From positions 1 through 64,000 of the forward strand of contig JBEKWR010000002.1 in NCBI GenBank assembly GCA_049512935.1: DNA of 64,000 nt, in the 5' to 3' direction. Below, one piece after another: positions 58,049 to 64,000 of this stretch. The number at the start of each line of letters is the position of its first letter. Positions within the stretch are counted from its first letter, which is position 1. This stretch comes from Candidatus Bathyarchaeia archaeon. GTDB taxonomy: Archaea; Thermoproteota; Bathyarchaeia; Bathyarchaeales; Bathycorpusculaceae. The notes under the pieces are model-generated. The model saw only the letters and a program-made list of their open reading frames with translations, made no database searches and was not told the origin of the DNA. The translations under genes and the position numbers were made by a program.

Positions 58049-59188
58049 ATGTATCGAACTGGCGTTGCAAACCTGCCGCTCCACGGAGGAGACGCGCCCG
58101 CCTGGCTGACCGTGCGAATGCGTAAGCTAGCCAAGGAGATAGCCAGCATCATGATTGAAGAGCAGGGCACGGCAAAGTTTATCGAGCGCCTGTCTGACCC
58201 GTACTGGTTTCAAGCTTTCGGCTGCGTCTTAGCCTTTGACTGGCACAGTTCGGGTGTAACAACGGTCGTCACAGGCATCCTCAAAGGCGCTCTGTCGCCT
58301 GAAGAGCACGGCATCGCGGTCTGCGGCGGCAAAGGCAAAACCTCAAGGAAAACGCCCAGCGACATTGCTTTGGCAGGGGAAAAATTCGGCTTTTCAGAAG
58401 AAACCATCAAAACTCTCACTTACAACAGCAAAATGTCTGCGAAAATAGACAACACCGCCATCCAAGCGGGATACCAACTGTACCACCACGCGTTTCTTGT
58501 CACTCGGGATGAAAAGTGGGCGGTCATACAGCAGGGCATGAGCGAGGAGGACCACTCGGCAAGGCGTTACCATTGGCTATCCGACAAAGTAACTGACTTC
58601 GTTATTGAACCAGAAAACGCCATAGTAGGCGACGTAAAACGACAAAGTGCCCTAAACATGGTGGCAAAAGACAGCGAAGGCTCCCGTAAGGCTTCGGTTG
58701 ATTTGGCTAAAGAACCCACCCGCAAACTCATGAACCTCATCCAATCCGCCGCCAAACCACTGAACCAAGCCTCGCTGCAGAATTGGCTTCCCAAAACGGT
58801 TGAGGGTGACCCGTGGCAGCAAACCCTCAGCAGCCTTAACATGCCCCGCAACATTAACTGGGATACGTTGAGCCGAGCATACGAGTTTCAACCACGAAAC
58901 TACGAGGAACTGCTAAGCGTCAAAGGCGTGGGGCCAGCAACAGTCCGTGGTTTAGCGTTAGTTGCGGAGTTGATTTACGGGGAAAAGCCCAGTTGGGAAG
59001 ACCCAGTCAAATTCAGCTTCGCATTCGGAGGCAAAGACGGTGTCCCGTTCCCGGTTGACCGTAAAGCAATGGACGAATCAATCCAAATCCTCAAACAATC
59101 TGTGCATGAAGCCAAAATCGGTGAGAAAGAAAAATTGCGTTCGTTGGAGAGGTTAAGGCGGGTCGTTCCCGAAAACGCAAACTCGTAA
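58049..59188 (+). CDS. DUF763-family protein
   Basis: LPLHGG.AP.WL, DWHSSG.TT, LYHH, QQGM, ARRYHW, GGKDG.PFPV motifs. Confidence 0.92.
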   Translation: MYRTGVANLPLHGGDAPAWLTVRMRKLAKEIASIMIEEQGTAKFIERLSDPYWFQAFGCVLAFDWHSSGVTTVVTGILKGALSPEEHGIAVCGGKGKTSRKTPSDIALAGEKFGFSEETIKTLTYNSKMSAKIDNTAIQAGYQLYHHAFLVTRDEKWAVIQQGMSEEDHSARRYHWLSDKVTDFVIEPENAIVGDVKRQSALNMVAKDSEGSRKASVDLAKEPTRKLMNLIQSAAKPLNQASLQNWLPKTVEGDPWQQTLSSLNMPRNINWDTLSRAYEFQPRNYEELLSVKGVGPATVRGLALVAELIYGEKPSWEDPVKFSFAFGGKDGVPFPVDRKAMDESIQILKQSVHEAKIGEKEKLRSLERLRRVVPENANS

Positions 59189-59260
59189 GCTTGAACCTTT
59201 CTTTAAAAACGAATAACTTTTATTGTTGCAGGTTCACTTATTTGCCCTGTGCCTGGAGGT

Positions 59261-59438
59261 GGGGTCGTAGTCCAGCCAGGCTAAGACGACGGGCTCCAGA
59301 AAGCAAACATATAACGGGTTTGCTGACTCCGCGAGGAGAATGACGAATTTCCGGAGCGGTCTTGAAGAAACCCGTAAAGAACGGCTTCGCACTGTTCTTG
59401 GGTAAAGGTCGTCGGTTCAAATCCGGCCGGCCCCACCA
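59261..59438 (+). tRNA. tRNA-Trp(CCA) with two introns (59300-59369 at 37/38; 59376-59405 at 43/44)
   Basis: ggggtcg/cggcccc acceptor stem, acggg-ctCCAg|a-cccgt anticodon arm, aggtc variable loop, gtcgg-ttcaaat-ccggc T arm, CCA end. Confidence 0.9.
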
Positions 59439-59523
59439 AATCTTTTCTGTCTTGTAAAAACGGGACTTAGCTTTTTTTCATGACTGTGCTTATCAAAGTC
59501 GGAGTAGTTTCAAAAATATTTTT

Positions 59524-59545
59524 ATTATAGTTCTTTAGCTATAAT
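59524..59545. promoter_or_regulatory. Inverted repeat upstream of the putative TA operon
   Basis: attatag-N8-ctataat. Confidence 0.5.
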
Positions 59546-59557
59546 ACTATAGTCAAA

Positions 59558-60628
59558 ATGAAGTTGAAGATAATGAACAACGGAACGGTTCTGATCTTAG
59601 ATACGATAGCATCTCACTTAGGGGAGTCGCTGTCAATTAGCCAATTAACTGAAAAGATCAAGGAAAAGCATGGAACCGCCTACTATTCAAATACTTACAA
59701 AAAGCTCAAGGAACTACAAAAAGAAAAAATATTACTTATCGAAAGCCACGGTAATAGCTCGATCATAAAGCCAAATTTCGAAAACTCCTTAACTGTTGAC
59801 CGCTTAGTGGAAATGGAAATTGAAAAGAAAATTGGCTTTTTTAAAACAAGGAATCACCTATCAACTGTCATAGAGGATTTGAAGGATACTGTTAGCGACA
59901 GATATTTTGTCAGGTCCATTTGTTCCATTGACCCCTTAAGGAATCTTCAACTGAACAGGTTTGAATTACTTTTTATGCTTCTGTCGCCCGCTGACGCCGA
60001 ACGTGAGACAATTCAATTGTATAAGGATACGCTGCGCTTGCAGAATAAATACAATTTGAGAATTGACAGCCTAATTTTGACTGAAAATGATTTTTCATCA
60101 CTCATACGATCAAATGAGATAAACCCTCTCAGAGAAGCAATAGCTAACGAAACAGCCATCTTATACCCTGAAGCGTTTTGGGGCAAGATAAGGGAGATTT
60201 CTCAAGAGAGCACCATCAAAGTTATACAAAAAGAAACTAAACCGAGCAAGATTTCAGAGTCTGACTTGGTGGGCAATCTGTACAGGTTTGGTTACAAGGA
60301 ATTTGGGTCAACGATAGCTGAATCAAGTAAATATTGTGTCGAATACATCGTGACGGCTTTGCTCCTGTCTGGCGACGCGAGAAGGATAGATGCAATCCCA
60401 ATAGTCTTGTCAAAAAACAGCTTCAAAGAGAACATGTTAGCCTTCTTGAGCCAAAAATACAGGACTGCCGGAAAACTTTTGGGGCTACTAACGATACTGC
60501 AGAAAGTCTCGCCAAATGAACAAGTTGAGAGGGCGATTTCAATTTTGCGAACATTTGGTGAAAAAGAAATACCGGGCAATGAAAATAGCATAATCCGTAA
60601 CATGGAGTTGTACGATGCCATCAGATAA
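59558..60628 (+). CDS. wHTH plus degenerate NTase-like protein, putative type IV TA antitoxin
   Basis: N-terminal SISQL...Y..L..L.K..I wHTH; overlaps the downstream NTase; AT-rich. Confidence 0.65.
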   Translation: MKLKIMNNGTVLILDTIASHLGESLSISQLTEKIKEKHGTAYYSNTYKKLKELQKEKILLIESHGNSSIIKPNFENSLTVDRLVEMEIEKKIGFFKTRNHLSTVIEDLKDTVSDRYFVRSICSIDPLRNLQLNRFELLFMLLSPADAERETIQLYKDTLRLQNKYNLRIDSLILTENDFSSLIRSNEINPLREAIANETAILYPEAFWGKIREISQESTIKVIQKETKPSKISESDLVGNLYRFGYKEFGSTIAESSKYCVEYIVTALLLSGDARRIDAIPIVLSKNSFKENMLAFLSQKYRTAGKLLGLLTILQKVSPNEQVERAISILRTFGEKEIPGNENSIIRNMELYDAIR

Positions 60629-61138
60629 GAAACTGGACAAAAACGAATTATTCAGTCTGCTGAAGGTTTTTGATGAAGAGGCATCTAAGAATATTTGTCT
60701 AGTTGCGGTAGGTGGCACGGCAATGACACTTTTAGATCTCAAGCTTTCCACTAAGGATATAGATTTCACCGTTCCAAGCGCCGATAAACCCGAGTTTGAC
60801 AGAGTTAGAAATGCAGTGCCACACGGCTACAAGATAGATGTTTGGACAGATGGAACAATTTTTTGCATTACTCTGCCAGATGATTACATAGACCGCAGCA
60901 TCGACATAATAAGTTACAAGAAAATTCATCTGAAGGCACTGCACCCCCTTGACATAGTCGTCAGCAAAATAGCGAGGCTTGATAGCCATGACATCGAAGA
61001 CATCGGTGTGTACATCAAAAATACAATATCAGCAAAGAAGATATACAAAAAAGAGCAGCAACAGCGATCTATGTTTCTAAACGGGAAGACTATGAATACC
61101 AAGTTAAATGGGTTCTGGAAAACCTTTTCTCATGCTGA
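60615..61138 (+). pseudogene. DUF6036/AbiEii-like nucleotidyltransferase, frameshifted at the A5 run 61017-61021
   Basis: AVGGTAM...STKDIDF, D.VVSK.AR...D..DI motifs. A family-like C-terminus continues in another frame to TGA at 61138. Confidence 0.7.
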
Positions 61139-61266
61139 ATCAAGCGTTTAAGAAGAACCCTACCAAATTTTCTTTCATTGAACGTCGAGGGGCTTCCCAA
61201 AATCATCAATGGTATAAATGGGACAGATAAAAAAACAGATTTACGACTAAAAAACCAGCAAATTTC

Positions 61267-61833
61267 TTAATGCGTTTTAAGTTTGGCGATTTCTTTTTCT
61301 GTCGCCGCAAGCTCCTTTTGCACCATAGCCATAACCTCTTTGAAGTGTTTCTGCTTTTGCTTCAAACTTTCTAAGTCTTCTTTGGATTCTGGCCTGTTCT
61401 CATTTAGAAACGCGTCGAAGGGACTGGGCATCATAGGCATTGAAGCCTTTTTCGGTTCCACGTTTAGCACGTCTCTTGCGAATTCTTGAAAAAGCGAATT
61501 CATGCCGCTTGCGAGTTCACTCTGTTTGACCATGGCACTTCTGAGTATGGCTTCCCCTGTTTCCGTGATTCTGTAAACTTTTATTTTTCGGTTCTTTACC
61601 GTGGACCAGTCGCCCACTATGTACCCGGCTTTTTCAAGGTCTCTCAGTATCGGGTACATGCCGCCCGCTGTCGGCTTCCAGAAACCTCTGGTTTTGTCTC
61701 TGATTTCCTTCATTATTTCGTAGCCGTGTGCTGGCCGCTTGTTCAGGATGATTAGTGAGGCTACTCTGATGTACCCTTTCTGGGCTTCCTTGACCCAGTT
61801 GCCCGTTGTTTTCTCTTGCTCTTCAAATGTCAT
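61267..61833 (-). CDS. PadR-family transcriptional regulator
   Basis: HGYEIMK, P..G.MYP.L..LE..G, Y.IT..G motifs. Confidence 0.93.
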   Translation of the reverse strand: MTFEEQEKTTGNWVKEAQKGYIRVASLIILNKRPAHGYEIMKEIRDKTRGFWKPTAGGMYPILRDLEKAGYIVGDWSTVKNRKIKVYRITETGEAILRSAMVKQSELASGMNSLFQEFARDVLNVEPKKASMPMMPSPFDAFLNENRPESKEDLESLKQKQKHFKEVMAMVQKELAATEKEIAKLKTH

Positions 61834-61928
61834 TTGTTGTTTCCAAAACCATATTCTATTAACGGAATATTTATATTTTGCTTAAACATATTGCAACGAA
61901 TTATATTTCAACATATGCTGGTGCCAAG

Positions 61929-62978
61929 TTGGAACAGAAAAACGAAACGGAAACCTATCAGTCAAACGAATCAATCATCTCGGTAAAAAACCTTACCAAA
62001 ATGTTCGGCGATTTCGTAGCGGTGGACAGCATCTCATTCGACGTGAAGAAGGGCGAAATCTTCGGGCTGCTCGGCCCCAACGGCGCAGGCAAAAGCACGA
62101 CGCTGCGCATGCTCTCCACGTTAGCCCGTCCCACAAAGGGAACGGCAACCATAGGCGGATTCGACATCGTTAAGGAGGACACGGAAGTCAGGAAACTGAT
62201 AGGCATAGTTTCAGAAAAAATGATAATGTACAATCGCTTGACAGCCAGGGAAAACCTGGTGTTTTTCGGCAGCCTCTTCAACCTGCCCAAGGACGTTTTA
62301 AACAAGAGAATAGACGAGTTGCTTGAGCTGGTTCAACTCACCAAATGGAAGAACGCTCAGGTAGGCACGTTTTCGACAGGCATGAGACAGAGGATGAACG
62401 TGGTTCGTGCGCTGCTGAACATGCCGCAGGTGCTCTTCCTTGACGAGCCGACCCTCGGCTTAGATCCCCAATCGTCCGTTGAAATCCGAGAGTTCATTAA
62501 GAAACTCAACAGGGAAAACGGAACTACCATAATCGTGACGACTCACATGATGGTGGATGCTGATCTGCTGTGCGACCGAATCGGCATAATGGATCACGCC
62601 AAAATCGTGGCGCTTGACACTTCAACTAACTTGAAAAAGACAATTTCGGGAGCGGATACAACAATATTAAAACTTGAAATCGGAAACCTGTCACCCCAAA
62701 TAATTGAGGCAATCCAGGATTGCAATTGCGTAGACAGCGTTACTCAGGAAAACACGTTGCACTTGAAAGTTATCAGCCATGGTCAAGAGGCGTTCGACTC
62801 TGTAATTGATGCAATAAGAACATCGGGCGGAAAGATTAACTCCATGGAAAACCTTCAGCCAACCCTTGAGGACGTGTTCCTGCATATTACTGGTCATCAG
62901 GTAAGGGACAGCGCAGACCAGAAAATCCCCATGGAACAGCATAAGCACTACGGGGCTGCACCAAGCAGGATAAGGTGA
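61929..62978 (+). CDS. ABC-2 multidrug-type transporter ATP-binding protein
   Basis: GPNGAGKS, FSTGM, FLDEPT, TTH motifs; TTG start at 61929 is likely. Confidence 0.95.
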   Translation: MEQKNETETYQSNESIISVKNLTKMFGDFVAVDSISFDVKKGEIFGLLGPNGAGKSTTLRMLSTLARPTKGTATIGGFDIVKEDTEVRKLIGIVSEKMIMYNRLTARENLVFFGSLFNLPKDVLNKRIDELLELVQLTKWKNAQVGTFSTGMRQRMNVVRALLNMPQVLFLDEPTLGLDPQSSVEIREFIKKLNRENGTTIIVTTHMMVDADLLCDRIGIMDHAKIVALDTSTNLKKTISGADTTILKLEIGNLSPQIIEAIQDCNCVDSVTQENTLHLKVISHGQEAFDSVIDAIRTSGGKINSMENLQPTLEDVFLHITGHQVRDSADQKIPMEQHKHYGAAPSRIR

Positions 62979-62983
62979 TAGCG

Positions 62984-64000
62984 ATGGGAGCAAAAAGTTT
63001 ACTTTCGCATTCCTTCCGCATCGCTTGGAAAGACCTGACAGAACTGTTTAGGAACCGTTTGGGTCTGGTTCTGCTTATACTCATGCCGCTGTTCATGATG
63101 GCGATGATCGGCTTCATCTACCCATCCAGCAACACAACGATAAGCAATATGCCAGTTGCCGTGGTGAATCAGGATTCAGGCTTCAACGGCTTGACCCAGC
63201 CGAGCCAGTTCTTCATAAGCACCCTGCAGGGCATAAACAGTCAAACTCACATGCTGAAGCTTTCAAACGCCACAAGCTTAGACCAAATCAAATCTGATAT
63301 TCAGAACAGCAAGATAGACGGCGGCATAATCATACCCAGCAACTTCTCAACCTGCATAATCAACGGCGAACAAGGAACCCTAATTATCGTTACAGACCAA
63401 TCTAACCCGACGGTTTCCGCTGAACTGGAAGGCGCTTTGTCAGGTGTGTTCAGCGAGATGGGCACGGCTCTCGCACAGCATAACGTTCAAGGACTCTCAG
63501 CAGCCGTAACAGCTAACGAGTCTCTCGCAGTAGTGCAGCCCTACATCGTGAAAACGGAAGGGGTTGTTCCTGGAAACCAAAGCTACTTCAACTTCATTGC
63601 CCCTGGAATCATGGCGATGACAGTTATGATGAGCGTCATGACTGGGCTTCCTGTGGCAATATCTCAAGAGAAGGAAGTCGGCACCATGGACGGCATGATG
63701 GTTGCGCCAATCAACAGGTTATCCATCATTCTAGGAAAAGCTTTAGGTCAGACCGCTCGTGGCTTAATTCAAGGGGTCATAATAATGGCGTTGGCTATCG
63801 GGCTATTCGGGGTCGCAGTCCACGGAAGCATTCTACTTGTGTTTGGTTTGCTCTTGCTGGGCGTATTTTCATTCGTCGGCTTAGGCATCGTGTTGACGTC
63901 CCTCGCTAAGGATCAGGAAACGGCGCAGATGATGATGATGACGCTAATGTTCCCAATGATGTTCCTCAGCGGAGTAATGTTCCCACTACAGCAGATGCCA
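62984..64000 (+). CDS. ABC-2 transporter permease (3' end outside window)
   Basis: Open frame MGAKSLLSHSFRIAWKDL...EKEVGTMDGMMVAP...MFPMMFLSGVMFP running to the window end. Confidence 0.92.
   Translation, partial: MGAKSLLSHSFRIAWKDLTELFRNRLGLVLLILMPLFMMAMIGFIYPSSNTTISNMPVAVVNQDSGFNGLTQPSQFFISTLQGINSQTHMLKLSNATSLDQIKSDIQNSKIDGGIIIPSNFSTCIINGEQGTLIIVTDQSNPTVSAELEGALSGVFSEMGTALAQHNVQGLSAAVTANESLAVVQPYIVKTEGVVPGNQSYFNFIAPGIMAMTVMMSVMTGLPVAISQEKEVGTMDGMMVAPINRLSIILGKALGQTARGLIQGVIIMALAIGLFGVAVHGSILLVFGLLLLGVFSFVGLGIVLTSLAKDQETAQMMMMTLMFPMMFLSGVMFPLQQMP

Overview
Archaeal chromosomal window. Gene content and style (mch, PQQ-propeller surface proteins, KaiC-like ATPases, bifunctional PGI/PMI, intron-containing tRNA) are most consistent with Bathyarchaeia; this is inferred, not shown by a database search. 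Housekeeping genes (malic enzyme, ssb, rimI, pheS/pheT, rps12/rps7, DRG GTPase, ino1, rpl12, tRNA-Ala, tRNA-Trp) alternate with accessory material: six toxin-antitoxin loci, decayed tRNA 3' ends and a dispersed repeat family. Best candidates for new biology: (1) three paralogous Pol-beta-fold (COG1665-like) nucleotidyltransferases next to a CitG-family gene, possibly a CitG/CitX-like route to the methanopterin phosphodiester tail; (2) a dispersed composite repeat made of a viral terminase C-terminal remnant, phased AAAGTCGCA motifs and a cos-like G-rich motif, which flanks ssb and a VapBC pair; (3) a 40-aa mini-antitoxin coupled between an AbrB antitoxin and VapC; (4) an ACG codon at the expected pheT start; (5) a two-intron tRNA-Trp whose splice helices compete; (6) TA cassettes stacked behind tRNA-Ala and separated by decayed tRNA ends. 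All family assignments come from motif recognition by eye.
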